Positions 28,822 to 38,769 are shown, numbered from the stretch's first letter. The stretch: DNA of 64,000 bases from Alphaproteobacteria bacterium (GCA_017939155.1 JAGAZZ010000044.1:92344-156343); one strand, 5' to 3'. Translations and numbers: made by a program. The notes: generated by a model not told the origin, from the sequence alone.

Positions 28822-28881
28822 TTTTACTTGCACAAAAGAAAATTACCCCTTATCATCTCCATAAAGAATAAGGATAAAACA

Positions 28882-29916
28882 ATGGTGAAAGTTATTTCTT
28901 TCGGGTGCCGTATCAACAGCTATGAAAGTGAAATTTTTAAAGAAAAACTAAAATCCTATGACAACCTGATTGTCGTAAACACTTGCGCCGTGACAGCGGA
29001 AGCCGAACGCCAATGCCGTCAAACCATCCGCAAATTAAGAAAAGAAAACCCCAACGCCAAAATCATCGTCACCGGTTGCGCTGCACAAGTCAGCACCAAA
29101 CGCTTTGCCGATATGCCTGAGGTTGACTTGGTTCTGGGCAATCAGGAAAAAACTGAAATAGAAAAATATTTAATCACCAAAGAAAAAACTGTCGTTGGCG
29201 ATATTTTTTCCTTTCAAGGGTATGACGCGTATTTAATCACCGGTTTTGAAGGGCGCGAAAGGGCTTTTGTTGAAATCCAGCAAGGCTGTGACCATCGCTG
29301 CACATATTGCATAATCTGGCAGGCGCGCGGAGCCAACCGTTCGGTAAAAGAAGAGAAAATTTTAGAGCAAATCCGCCTTCTTTTAGCCCAAGGTTTTAAA
29401 GAAATTTGCTTAACCGGGGTTGACGCCTGCTCCTATAAGCCGAGCTTCAGCGGTCTGGTCAAAAAGATTTTGCAAACGTTTCCCGGGCTTCCGTCCCTGC
29501 AATTCGGGTCGCTGGACCCCGCCGCGATAGATGAAGAATTTATCGCTTTGGTTAAAAACTATTCGAATATTCATCCGCATTTTCATTTCTCTATTCAATC
29601 GGGAGATAATCTGATATTAAAGCGGATGGGGCGCCGCCATAATAGGGAAGATGTGATTAATTTGTGCCAAAAGCTGAGAAAAGCCCGTCCCGAGTGCACG
29701 TTTGGCGCGGATTTTATTTGCGGCTTTCCCACCGAAACGGAAGAAAATTTTGTAAACACCTTAAATTTGGTCAAAGAGGCAGATATAAGCAATCTGCACG
29801 TCTTTCCCTATTCCGAACGTCCGGGAACACCGGCATCTAAAATGCCGCAGGTTCCGGTAAATATCCGCCGTAAACGGGCGGAACGCTTAAGAAATCTGAC
29901 AAAGGAGGAAAAATGA
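28882..29916 (+). CDS. Radical-SAM methylthiotransferase of the MiaB/MtaB family (short form)
   Basis: N-terminal MTTase domain, radical-SAM CDHRCTYC motif. Start chosen at MVKVISFGCRIN (ATG 28882, AAGGA RBS). Confidence 0.7.
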   Translation: MVKVISFGCRINSYESEIFKEKLKSYDNLIVVNTCAVTAEAERQCRQTIRKLRKENPNAKIIVTGCAAQVSTKRFADMPEVDLVLGNQEKTEIEKYLITKEKTVVGDIFSFQGYDAYLITGFEGRERAFVEIQQGCDHRCTYCIIWQARGANRSVKEEKILEQIRLLLAQGFKEICLTGVDACSYKPSFSGLVKKILQTFPGLPSLQFGSLDPAAIDEEFIALVKNYSNIHPHFHFSIQSGDNLILKRMGRRHNREDVINLCQKLRKARPECTFGADFICGFPTETEENFVNTLNLVKEADISNLHVFPYSERPGTPASKMPQVPVNIRRKRAERLRNLTKEEK

Positions 29917-30827
29917 GTGGATTTTTTCAAAAACTGGGCTGGGGCTTAAAAAAAACATCACAAAATTTAAGTCAGGGCATAACGGATATTTTTACCAAAG
30001 AAAGCTTATCGTCGGATGTTATAACCGATTTGGAAGAACTGTTGTATACGGCAGACGTGGGAGTTAAAGCAACCTCGGAAATTGTTGAAAAATTTACCGC
30101 GCGCCGTTTTGATAAAAACAGTTCAATCGAGCAAATCAAACAAGAACTTAAGAATGACATCATCAGCCTGATTAAGCCGTCAGAGCAGGAGTTTGTGATT
30201 GACAAGTCCAAAAAGCCGTTTGTGATTTTGATGGTCGGCGTCAACGGTGCCGGCAAAACCACCACTATCGGAAAGTTAGGCAAAAAGTTTTCAGCGCAGG
30301 GCTATCAGGTTTCTTTTATTGCCGCAGATACGTTTCGCGCCGCAGCTGTTGAGCAACTTGCCGTATGGGGTAGTCGCCATAATCTCCGCGTCTTTTCAGG
30401 TCCCGCGGGGTGTGATAGCGCCGGTCTTTGTTTTGACGGCTTAAAAGAAGCCGAAAAAAGAGGAGACGATATTGTTTTTATAGATACCGCCGGTCGTCTG
30501 CAAAATAAAAAAGGCTTAATGGAAGAGTTGCAAAAAATCGTTCGCGTCATCAAAAAAGTTTCGCCCGACGCACCGCATAAAACCTTAATCACGATAGACG
30601 CTGCCACCGGGCAAAATGGGCTTGACCAAGTCAAAACTTTTAAAGAGCTTGTTGATGTAAATGGTGTCATCATTACTAAGTTGGATGGTTCATCTAAAGG
30701 GGGAATTTTAATTGCCGTTGCTTCGGAAACCGGAATTCCGGTGTATTTTGTCGGCGTTGGCGAACAAGCCGAAGATATGGATGTTTTTAAGGCAGAAGAC
30801 TTTGCCAAGGGGCTCTTGGGCTTATGA
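29913..30827 (+). CDS. ftsY: Signal recognition particle receptor FtsY (NG domain only)
   Basis: GVNGAGKTTTIGKL, DTAGR and TKLDG motifs; ATGA overlap with upstream gene. Confidence 0.9.
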   Translation: MSGFFQKLGWGLKKTSQNLSQGITDIFTKESLSSDVITDLEELLYTADVGVKATSEIVEKFTARRFDKNSSIEQIKQELKNDIISLIKPSEQEFVIDKSKKPFVILMVGVNGAGKTTTIGKLGKKFSAQGYQVSFIAADTFRAAAVEQLAVWGSRHNLRVFSGPAGCDSAGLCFDGLKEAEKRGDDIVFIDTAGRLQNKKGLMEELQKIVRVIKKVSPDAPHKTLITIDAATGQNGLDQVKTFKELVDVNGVIITKLDGSSKGGILIAVASETGIPVYFVGVGEQAEDMDVFKAEDFAKGLLGL

Positions 30828-32212
30828 TGGATTTAGATTTTGGTGACCTTTTTGCTCCGCAAAACGAAAAATTGACCCCCGAGCCGAAGTCGGTAACACA
30901 AATTTCAAATGAAATAAAGCGCTTTGTTGAGGGCAACTTTTCCCATGTCATTGTCAAAGGGGAGATTTTTGGCGCCAAACGTGCGGATTCCGGTCATTGG
31001 TACTTATCCTTAAAAGACACCGGCGCTGTCTTGGCGGCAGTTTGTTGGCGCGGCACGGCTTCAAGCTTAAAAGTTAAAATAGAAGACGGGCTGGAGGTGA
31101 TTGCTCAAGGCAAAATCACCACTTTCTCAGGCAAATCCTCCTATCAGTTGGTCATCGAAAGTTTAGAACCCGCAGGACAGGGCGCTTTATTAAAATTGCT
31201 TGAAGAACGCAAACAGCAGTTTATCAAAGAGGGCTTGTTTGATACCGCGCATAAAAAGCCTATTCCTTTCTTGCCGGAAACAATAGGCGTGGTTTCGAGT
31301 GCAACCGGTGCCGTTATTCGGGATATTATCCACCGGATACGCGACCGTTTCCCCTCGCATATCGTTTTATGGCCAACCCCGGTGCAAGGGGAGGGCGCGG
31401 CTGAAAAAGTCGCCGAAGCCATCAAAGGGTTTAACTGTTTAGATAACACAAGCTCCATCAAGCGTCCCGATGTCATAATCGTTGCCCGCGGTGGCGGTAG
31501 TTTGGAAGATTTATGGGCTTTTAATGAAGAAGTGGTTATTCGTGCGGTTTATGACTCTGAGATTCCTATCATCTCCGCCGTTGGGCATGAAACAGACACG
31601 ATGTTGATTGATTATGTGTCAGACTTGCGCGCGCCAACGCCGACCGGTGCGGCGGAATTTGCCGTTCCGGTTAAAAATGAGTTGGTCGCAGACGTCAATA
31701 TCCTTGAAAGCCGGATGAAAAATGCCCTATGGCGTTATTTTGAAGAATATAAAACCAAAATTGACGGTTTAAGCCGTGGCATTCCCAATATGCGCCAAAT
31801 CATCAATGAAAATCTGCAAGATTTGGACTATCGGGTGGAACGTCTGCAAAATGCCATCAAAAACGAACTTTCACAAAAACAAAATGCTTTAGAAAAAGCC
31901 GCTCTGAAACCGATATACTTAAAATCAATTTTACAGCGTTATGATGAACGCTTGAATGGTTTATCCGCAAGGCTCAAAGGCGTTTCCGTTGAGGCAGTTT
32001 TAAAAAGAGGTTTTGCTTGGGTCAAAAACACCGAAGGTCAAACCATATACAACGCCGTTAGTGCAAAAAAAGAAGACTGTTTAATCATCAAATTTGCCGA
32101 TAACGAGCTGCAAGCTAAAGTCGCGGCAGATACCACCCCAAACATCGCACCAAAATCCGTAAAAAAAATAAAAAAAGAAGAAAAAACGCAAACCTCATTA
32201 TTCGATTTTTAA
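30824..32212 (+). CDS. xseA: Exodeoxyribonuclease VII large subunit
   Basis: N-terminal OB fold followed by catalytic domain with conserved GRGGGS-like ARGGGSLEDL; 462 aa; start overlaps ftsY stop. Confidence 0.85.
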   Translation: MMDLDFGDLFAPQNEKLTPEPKSVTQISNEIKRFVEGNFSHVIVKGEIFGAKRADSGHWYLSLKDTGAVLAAVCWRGTASSLKVKIEDGLEVIAQGKITTFSGKSSYQLVIESLEPAGQGALLKLLEERKQQFIKEGLFDTAHKKPIPFLPETIGVVSSATGAVIRDIIHRIRDRFPSHIVLWPTPVQGEGAAEKVAEAIKGFNCLDNTSSIKRPDVIIVARGGGSLEDLWAFNEEVVIRAVYDSEIPIISAVGHETDTMLIDYVSDLRAPTPTGAAEFAVPVKNELVADVNILESRMKNALWRYFEEYKTKIDGLSRGIPNMRQIINENLQDLDYRVERLQNAIKNELSQKQNALEKAALKPIYLKSILQRYDERLNGLSARLKGVSVEAVLKRGFAWVKNTEGQTIYNAVSAKKEDCLIIKFADNELQAKVAADTTPNIAPKSVKKIKKEEKTQTSLFDF

Positions 32213-32254
32213 GAACTTATCGCTATAATTGTCGCAATTAAAAGGAGAAAAGCA

Positions 32255-33064
32255 ATGATAAGTACACATATCTTTTGGCTTGCAGTAATACAGGGATTAA
32301 CCGAATTTTTGCCGGTAAGTTCTTCCGGACACTTGATTTTATTTGCAAAATTAACCCCCTACGGTGACCAGGGGCAGGCGATAGATATTGCGCTTCACAT
32401 CGGCTCGTTAATTGCCGTTGTCCTATATTTTTGGCTCACCATAAAAAATATGCTTCAAGGCTTATGGCAAAATAAGTTTAAGCCAAACTTTGCCAACGCC
32501 GGTGTGCGCTTAGCCTATTATATTATCTTTGCGACTATTCCGGCAATTATCATCGGCGGCGTTTTCTCCTATCTCGGCACTGATTGGACCAGAAGCACCA
32601 AACTAATCGGCGTAATGCTTATCGTATATTCAATAGTGCTATGGTATGCAGACACCAAATTCAGCACCGCCAAAACCTTAAATGAAATGAGCCTGCGTGA
32701 CGCCTTGCTGATAGGGTTTGCCCAATGTTTGGCTTTTATCCCTGGCACCAGTCGCTCTGGTGTGACTATCACTATGGGGCGTTTTTTAGGCTATAACCGT
32801 GCCGAAGTTGCCAAATTCACCATGTTATTATCAATTCCCTCAATCCTAGCTGCCGGAATCCTTGCCGCTTATACGCTGTATAACGGCGCCGAATTTACGC
32901 GGATTGCTATGGCATATCAGGCAATAGGGCTGTCTTTCATCTTTTCGTTTTTAGCAATTTTTTTGATGATGCGGTGGTTAAGGTTTGCCACATTTCTTCC
33001 TTTTGTCATCTATCGGGTCATCTTAGGCGTAGCCTTGTTATTCAAAGCTTATGGCTTAATCTAA
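32255..33064 (+). CDS. uppP: Undecaprenyl-diphosphatase
   Basis: LTEFLPVSSSGHLIL and PGTSRSG signatures; polytopic. Confidence 0.9.
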   Translation: MISTHIFWLAVIQGLTEFLPVSSSGHLILFAKLTPYGDQGQAIDIALHIGSLIAVVLYFWLTIKNMLQGLWQNKFKPNFANAGVRLAYYIIFATIPAIIIGGVFSYLGTDWTRSTKLIGVMLIVYSIVLWYADTKFSTAKTLNEMSLRDALLIGFAQCLAFIPGTSRSGVTITMGRFLGYNRAEVAKFTMLLSIPSILAAGILAAYTLYNGAEFTRIAMAYQAIGLSFIFSFLAIFLMMRWLRFATFLPFVIYRVILGVALLFKAYGLI

Positions 33065-33329
33065 AAAAATGATAAAAAAACTTTGACATTTTGAATTTTC
33101 TTAATATCATCTAAGCGGATATGGCAATAGCCTGTCTGGGGCTTAGTAACCTCTTCAAATACGTCAATGTGCTAGACGTTAATTTTGCACGCTTTCTGGT
33201 CAGAGACTGGAAGGCGGCAAAATACGCTATTTTAGTCAATATGTCGCGCTATGTTATTTGAGTAGTTACTAACTTCCAGTCGCCTTATCGGCGGCTTTTT
33301 TATTATATTTGTCAAAAGGAATTGGTAAT

Positions 33330-33983
33330 ATGAAAATAAATGATTTAGGTCGCTCGATGATTGAAATGTTAGGCGTCTTGGCAATTGTCGGTATTCTATC
33401 GGTAGGAGCAATTTCAGGCTATTCTAAAGCAATGTTTAAATATAAGCTGTTAAAAACAGCAGAAGAGTATACAACATTGTTTCAAGAAGTTTTGCCATAT
33501 AAAAAAGAATTGGAGGCATTAAGGGGAGCAAAAGCGGGAGAAGGAGATTATTATTGGCTGACACCTTTGTTTGATGATATGCAGCTTGTGCCAAAGACGT
33601 GGTCAAGAACTGTAATTCCTTCAAAAGGACAAGAAGGTTTTATTGACCGTTTGGGAAATTATGTTTGGCCATTTATTCGTATGGAAAATAATAAGCTAAA
33701 TTTCAATATATTAATTACGGATTCAGATACCTCAGTCACAATTTGTGAAACGTTATATCGGGAGGTTATAATGCAATTCAGCGATATTTTAAGCTATACG
33801 GCAACAGTAAAAGATAAAAACGGAGGCTCAGAAACAACAAGCGATAAATATTATTACGGGAATATGTATTGTAACGGGAAAAATAGAAAATGTATTAAAG
33901 ATATGTCCCTAAAAGATATTTATGAAATGTGCAGTATTTGCGCTAGTGATAATAGATATTGTGCTTTAATAATAGATTTTTAA
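33330..33983 (+). CDS. Type-IV-pilin-like (prepilin-type N-terminus) protein with Cys-rich C-terminal domain
   Basis: N-terminus G-RSMIE-MLGVLAIVGILSVGAISGY has Glu at +5 after Gly followed by a hydrophobic helix, i.e. a class III signal/prepilin pattern. C-terminal Cys motif is shared with ORF 1..500. ATG 33330 with AAAGGA RBS is preferred over TTG 33309. Confidence 0.6.
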   Translation: MKINDLGRSMIEMLGVLAIVGILSVGAISGYSKAMFKYKLLKTAEEYTTLFQEVLPYKKELEALRGAKAGEGDYYWLTPLFDDMQLVPKTWSRTVIPSKGQEGFIDRLGNYVWPFIRMENNKLNFNILITDSDTSVTICETLYREVIMQFSDILSYTATVKDKNGGSETTSDKYYYGNMYCNGKNRKCIKDMSLKDIYEMCSICASDNRYCALIIDF

Positions 33984-34069
33984 GCCCGGTGACGTAAAAA
34001 TACGCAATAAAATAAACTTTGTAAAAAACTATTGACTAATCTAAAAAAAGCTTCTATTAAATACCCATC

Positions 34070-34156
34070 GCTCCGGTGGCGAAATTGGTAGACGCGCATG
34101 CTTCAGGTGCATGTTGCCTCAGGCAGTGGAAGTTCAAGTCTTCTCCGGAGCACCAG
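34070..34156 (+). tRNA. tRNA-Leu (anticodon CAG)
   Basis: Manual fold: acceptor GCTCCGG/CCGGAGC, D-arm GCG..CGC, anticodon stem CATGC/GCATG with loop TTCAGGT giving anticodon CAG, long variable arm, T-arm GGAAG-TTCAAGT-CTTCT, ACCA 3' end; 87 nt. Confidence 0.85.
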
Positions 34157-34168
34157 TTTCTTCAAATT

Positions 34169-34190
34169 CCCCGTTTCGGGGATTTTTTTT
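34169..34190 (+). terminator. Intrinsic terminator after tRNA-Leu
   Basis: CCCCG-TTT-CGGGG hairpin followed by T8. Confidence 0.7.
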
Positions 34191-34268
34191 ATGTGTTTAA
34201 AGAACTTGACAAAAAACGAATATCTGATAAAAAATAGATGATTGTTTAATTTTTAAATTTTTATAATT

Positions 34269-34823
34269 ATGGAAAAAAATTATGTAAAAGACACCTATAA
34301 AGCTCTTGCTTTTTTTGTGTCTGTCGGTGTGCTTTATCTGGCCGTTTGGGTGTATTCTCAAGTTATCTCCGAACATCTATACCATCCTTTTGCGGTAAAT
34401 GTGGGTTACGTCTTAGCCGGTGGAGTTGTGGGAATGCTCTTAGGTTGCTTTTATGGTTGGCTGTATCTCAAAGAGAAAACCTTGACCATCTTAGCCATAG
34501 CATCGTTGCTAACCATAGGTCTGTACCTTGCTCATGGTTTATATATGATTAAACCGCTTACTGACAATGCTTATCCGTTAGGTCTGTTCTTCTTAATTCT
34601 CGTTTTTGCAATTGTATCTTTTATTTTCCGTTCAGCCATAAAAGAAGGTCGTGCGTATGACCAATTGTTGCAAAAAATAGCTAAGTCAAATGAAGAATTT
34701 AGAAAAGATTTTGAAAACAGACTGCCAGACATCATAAAAGAAAGTCTGGCCAAGTTGACAAAACAGCGAGTTATAGAACACCTCAAAAGCAGCACCGAAA
34801 AACCAAATCCTCCTCTCTCTTAA
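34269..34823 (+). CDS. Hypothetical 4-TM membrane protein
   Basis: Four hydrophobic helices, charged C-terminal tail, followed by a hairpin/T7 terminator at 34808..34841. Confidence 0.5.
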   Translation: MEKNYVKDTYKALAFFVSVGVLYLAVWVYSQVISEHLYHPFAVNVGYVLAGGVVGMLLGCFYGWLYLKEKTLTILAIASLLTIGLYLAHGLYMIKPLTDNAYPLGLFFLILVFAIVSFIFRSAIKEGRAYDQLLQKIAKSNEEFRKDFENRLPDIIKESLAKLTKQRVIEHLKSSTEKPNPPLS

Positions 34824-35139
34824 ATGAGGGAGGATTTTTTTATATCTCAAAGTTCTAAAATGTGCCAAATAGTTCAAACTCTCTTGTTATTCTTGCAAAT
34901 AAGACTATATCTTTAACTGTTCACGATGGAAAAGTTGAAAATAGAATTTAGTTTCAGGTTTTGTAGAGTGAACAAGAAATGTTCCTTGTCTTCTGCAAAG
35001 CAAAAAATCTAAATTCGTTTGTTTAGCATTAGAGGAGGTCAGGGAGAGGGGAAATTTATTCCTCTCTCTTTTGTTATGAAAATCCCCGTTTAAACAGAAA
35101 TCGGTAGACATTTTATATTTAAAACGCTAATCTTCTGAC

Positions 35140-36141
35140 ATGACTGATACAAAATTATCAACACTCCTGCTTAATTGGTATGCCCTCAACGGGCGCAGCC
35201 TGCCGTGGCGGTTTAAAGGTGGCGCACACCCGAACCCTTATGTCATTTTGGTTTCGGAGTTTATGCTCCAACAAACCACGGTCAAAACCGTTATTCCGTA
35301 TTTTCATCGTTTTATGGAGCACTTTCCCACTATTCAGGCATTAGCCTCAGCGGATATTGAAGAAGTCTATCAACTTTGGCAAGGGTTGGGGTATTACACC
35401 CGCGCCCGTTCGTTGCACGCAACCGCACAAATGATAGTCAATGAGTTTGGTGGTAGATTTCCCGAAAAACGTCAAGATGTCTTAAAGCTTAAAGGAATAG
35501 GCGCTTACACGGTCGCAAGCTTTTTGGCGTTAGCGTTTAATCAACCCGAAACGGTCATAGACGGCAATGTAATGCGAATCATCGCCCGCCTGTATCATTT
35601 AACCGATTCTCTGGATACTATTGCCGAGAAAATCCGTCTAAAAGCTGAAGAACTGACCAGTCGGGAACATCCCGCCGACTATGCTTCCGCAATTATGGAT
35701 TTAGGTGCAACCGTCTGTACACCGAAAAATCCGCAATGCTTGCTCTGTCCTTGGGCAAAATATTGTCAATCCAAAGGAGCTGCCGATGTCGAGCAAATTC
35801 CCAATCGCCGCAAGTTGGAAAAGAAAGAAAAACACGGTAGCGTTTATCTGATATATAATTCCAAAGGGGAAATTCTTATCCGCAAACGTACCGAAAAAGG
35901 TCTTCTTTCCGGCTTATACGAATTCCCGTGGGTAGACGAGGGTGTTTTGTTTCCCACTGCGCAAGATACAGAAAATGCAGTCACTCATGTTTTCACCCAT
36001 TTTAAGCTAACTCTGCAGATTTACACTTTCTGCACGGACACTTCTCCTATCGCAGACGGCATATTCATCGCACCCCAAAACCTAAACAATTATCCTTTTT
36101 CAACCTTAATGAAAAAGGTCATAAAAAAATCCCTCCGTTAG
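35140..36141 (+). CDS. mutY: A/G-specific adenine DNA glycosylase
   Basis: HhH-GPD domain, 4Fe-4S cluster loop CTPKNPQCLLCPWAKYC, C-terminal NUDIX-like domain. Confidence 0.85.
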   Translation: MTDTKLSTLLLNWYALNGRSLPWRFKGGAHPNPYVILVSEFMLQQTTVKTVIPYFHRFMEHFPTIQALASADIEEVYQLWQGLGYYTRARSLHATAQMIVNEFGGRFPEKRQDVLKLKGIGAYTVASFLALAFNQPETVIDGNVMRIIARLYHLTDSLDTIAEKIRLKAEELTSREHPADYASAIMDLGATVCTPKNPQCLLCPWAKYCQSKGAADVEQIPNRRKLEKKEKHGSVYLIYNSKGEILIRKRTEKGLLSGLYEFPWVDEGVLFPTAQDTENAVTHVFTHFKLTLQIYTFCTDTSPIADGIFIAPQNLNNYPFSTLMKKVIKKSLR

Positions 36142-36176
36142 AACGGAGAGATTTAATCTGATTTTCAAAGCTACAG

Positions 36177-36989
36177 TCAGTCAAACTTTAAATTTGTGAA
36201 CTTAAAGACCGTATTCTCCAAACGAAAAACTGCAGACAAATAAGCCTTACACTTTTCAACAGAGAAATGCCCGTCTTCGCCTTTAAGCTTGCCTTCGGCA
36301 TCAATAAAAATTTCCTGCTGGCGGGAAATTGATGTGAGTTTTCCTGTCGCATCAACATACGAACGACCGGCAGATAAAGACTGTGAGATTTTGTTTAAAA
36401 CAGAAGTCACATTGTCAGGACCAATACCACCGGCATATCCCTGTAAAACACCATCAAATGCTGGCGGCGCATACTGACTAGCCTCAACTCCTTCACCATG
36501 AGAATTGTCATAAAGACAGTCAAACTTAAAGCCGGTGTCATAGAGCTTGTTAATGAACTCCGCATTGTCATCATTGTACGACAGGATAAACCTCACGTTC
36601 GGGTATTTCTTCATTGAAGCAAGCATCCGGTCTAAATCAGGCGTTTTTTCTCGTCCGATTCTGAAATTCAGCTGCACCCGTTCAAAGAAAGGTCTGCGAT
36701 ACTTTGCTCCCCAACTGAGAAACGTGGATAATTCCGCCGGAGGGTTATCGTCACAAAAGTCTTCCACCCAGTCCTGATTCAAATGCAAGGCAAAATTAGG
36801 ATGAGGTGAATAGAGCAAGCCAAAACGCGCATGAAGCGCGTGAAGCCACCAATACCGAGCCGTCCCAAAAGAGGCTTTTTTACCTGAAACCTGAATGCCG
36901 GCCTCAGTATGCAACACCAAAACATCCTCTAGGTCGCTAAGTTTTGTGTACTCATTAGCCCCTGAAAAAGTAATACATTTTAATTTCAT
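36177..36989 (-). CDS. Hypothetical protein with TrpF (PRAI)-like TIM-barrel C-terminal motif
   Basis: YAGGIGPDNV resembles the TrpF LAGGL.P.NV phosphate-binding motif; the N-terminus is divergent. Confidence 0.3.
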   Translation of the reverse strand: MKLKCITFSGANEYTKLSDLEDVLVLHTEAGIQVSGKKASFGTARYWWLHALHARFGLLYSPHPNFALHLNQDWVEDFCDDNPPAELSTFLSWGAKYRRPFFERVQLNFRIGREKTPDLDRMLASMKKYPNVRFILSYNDDNAEFINKLYDTGFKFDCLYDNSHGEGVEASQYAPPAFDGVLQGYAGGIGPDNVTSVLNKISQSLSAGRSYVDATGKLTSISRQQEIFIDAEGKLKGEDGHFSVEKCKAYLSAVFRLENTVFKFTNLKFD

Positions 36990-37112
36990 AACAAAAAAAT
37001 TTTAGTTAATAATAATTGATTTATAAGTGGTATAATAAAAAAGAATACTTTAAAGTCAAGAAAAAGAGTCTCGCGCCAAAAGCAAAACTTAATAACAAAT
37101 AAAGGAATTGCA

Positions 37113-37601
37113 ATGAAAAAGTTAATTTTAGCCCTGCTGCTGACAGCCTTTCCGGCACTCGCCGCCGAACAAACAATAGATAATATTGTGGTTGAAAAAT
37201 CAGCTCGTAAATTGTATCTGCGCCAAAAAGATAAAAATATCAAAGAATATACCATCCGCCTCGGCTCCAACCCGACAGGGCACAAAGAGCAAGAAGGCGA
37301 TGGCAAAACACCCGAGGGAAAATATATAATTTCCGGCAGAAATCCTAAAAGCGCCTATCATCTCTCATTGCGTATCTCATACCCGAATGCGGCGGATAAA
37401 TCCCGTGCCGCCCTTAAAAAAGTCTCCCCCGGCGGCGATATTATGATTCACGGTTATCCCAATTATGCCCCAAATACACTCTTTGACGTTATTCACAAAA
37501 ACTATGACTGGACAGCAGGATGTATCGCCGTAACCGATAAAGAAATAGAAGAAATCTGGCAGCTTGTCCCTAACAACACCCCGATAGAAATTAAACCATA
37601 A
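37113..37601 (+). CDS. L,D-transpeptidase (YkuD domain), secreted
   Basis: Signal peptide; catalytic HGYPNY...TAGCIAV His/Cys motif. Confidence 0.8.
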   Translation: MKKLILALLLTAFPALAAEQTIDNIVVEKSARKLYLRQKDKNIKEYTIRLGSNPTGHKEQEGDGKTPEGKYIISGRNPKSAYHLSLRISYPNAADKSRAALKKVSPGGDIMIHGYPNYAPNTLFDVIHKNYDWTAGCIAVTDKEIEEIWQLVPNNTPIEIKP

Positions 37602-37744
37602 AAATAAAAGCCGGATTTCAATGTACAGCTTCATCAATGTATTTCGAACAGATTTTAATGATGAATTGAGGGAAATATTAAAAAAATTCAAAACTTGACT
37701 TTAGCTTATTAAATTATATCGTAATTTGTACTAAAGAGAATGTT

Positions 37745-38216
37745 ATGAAATATATTTTATTTGTAATAATGTTAATGTTTTCATTTATTGTAAATGCTGA
37801 AGCAAAAAAAAGATAGTATAGAAGAGGCTAAGTTACAGGCAGAAGTATTAAGCAAAGAATGTTATGCGAAAACAGTGGAACCCGTATGGGATAGCTTTTT
37901 TTATAATGATGAAATAAAGAAGGCTTATAAAAATAGATATAACCGTGCTTAGAAAAAATTATTATTGCAAAAATTAAAGAAAAATCCCCCCCCTGAAAAT
38001 GCCAAAAAAATGATAAAAGCGTTAAATGAAATAAAACAGGGAATGTTAGAATTTTATGGTGTTATGTATAGTCAAGAAGATACAGGTTTTTATGGACGCA
38101 CAGTAAATGATATGGAGCTAGGACGCCGCTATGAGCAGATTTTAAACGACGTCCTTCTCTATCAGAGTACTTATACTAATGGTAAAAAGGAAGACTTACT
38201 TCCTCAGGTCTCTTAG
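37745..38216 (+). pseudogene. Disrupted gene for a small secreted protein (frameshift at A8 tract plus in-frame TAG), containing A8 and C8 homopolymers
   Basis: Signal-peptide ORF MKYILFVIMLMFSFIVNAEAKKR stops after the A8 tract 37804..37811. Removing one A continues the frame to TAG 37950, after which the same frame continues as ORF 37965..38216 across C8 at 37987..37994. Confidence 0.45.
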
Positions 38217-38769
38217 AGCATCCATCCTTTCTTGCGGTAAGCGATTTCTTTTAATGTTCTCTCGTTCAGACACTGTAGAACGCTTAAAGTGTTTATTAAC
38301 GTGAATCCTTTCGATTAATTAAATCCTCATCATCTAAATCTTCTGCATGGTCACCTATGGCATTTTCAATAAGCTCTAAAGCACCATCTTGTCCATGTTG
38401 AGTAGAGCTGTATGACACAGATGTCAATAGGTTAGAAAAAAACAAAAATAAATTTTTAAAATAAAAAACGACAGAAAGCATCAGCTCCATCGCACATCAA
38501 TCAAACTTGGCTGGAGACGACTTGCAATTCTCGAACTAAAATTATGGAATTTTTTTGCGCCGGTTAACTTTGGGATATTAGGAATCCGAGGTTGAAGTAA
38601 CTTTTATTTTTGAATAACAGAAGTTTATTTTGCCTCATATAAGCGATTTTGGTTTTGGTATAGTTTTGCATAGAAAAGATAGATATAGCTATTATGAGAT
38701 GAGTTTATTAGGCAATAAGAAAGCCGCCAAAATTTTTTGTGGCGGCTTTAGTAGCTCTTTAGTCGCTTA

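Noticed and set aside
34070-34156. Initial reading of the anticodon loop as CUUCAGG, which would give TCA (tRNA-Sec)
   Set aside because: Re-pairing the anticodon stem as CATGC/GCATG gives loop TTCAGGT and anticodon CAG. Together with the long variable arm this is a standard tRNA-Leu.
38296-38490. 64-aa minus-strand ORF inside the tRNA-Gln islet
   Set aside because: It has no RBS and no motif, and lies in a region with decayed coding capacity, so it is not called as a gene.
38500-38600. Possible att-like duplicate of the tRNA-Gln 3' end (GGAATCCGAGGTTGAAG vs GAATCCAGGTCAAGCAG)
   Set aside because: The similarity is too weak and gapped to assert by eye. It is listed as something to check, not a feature.
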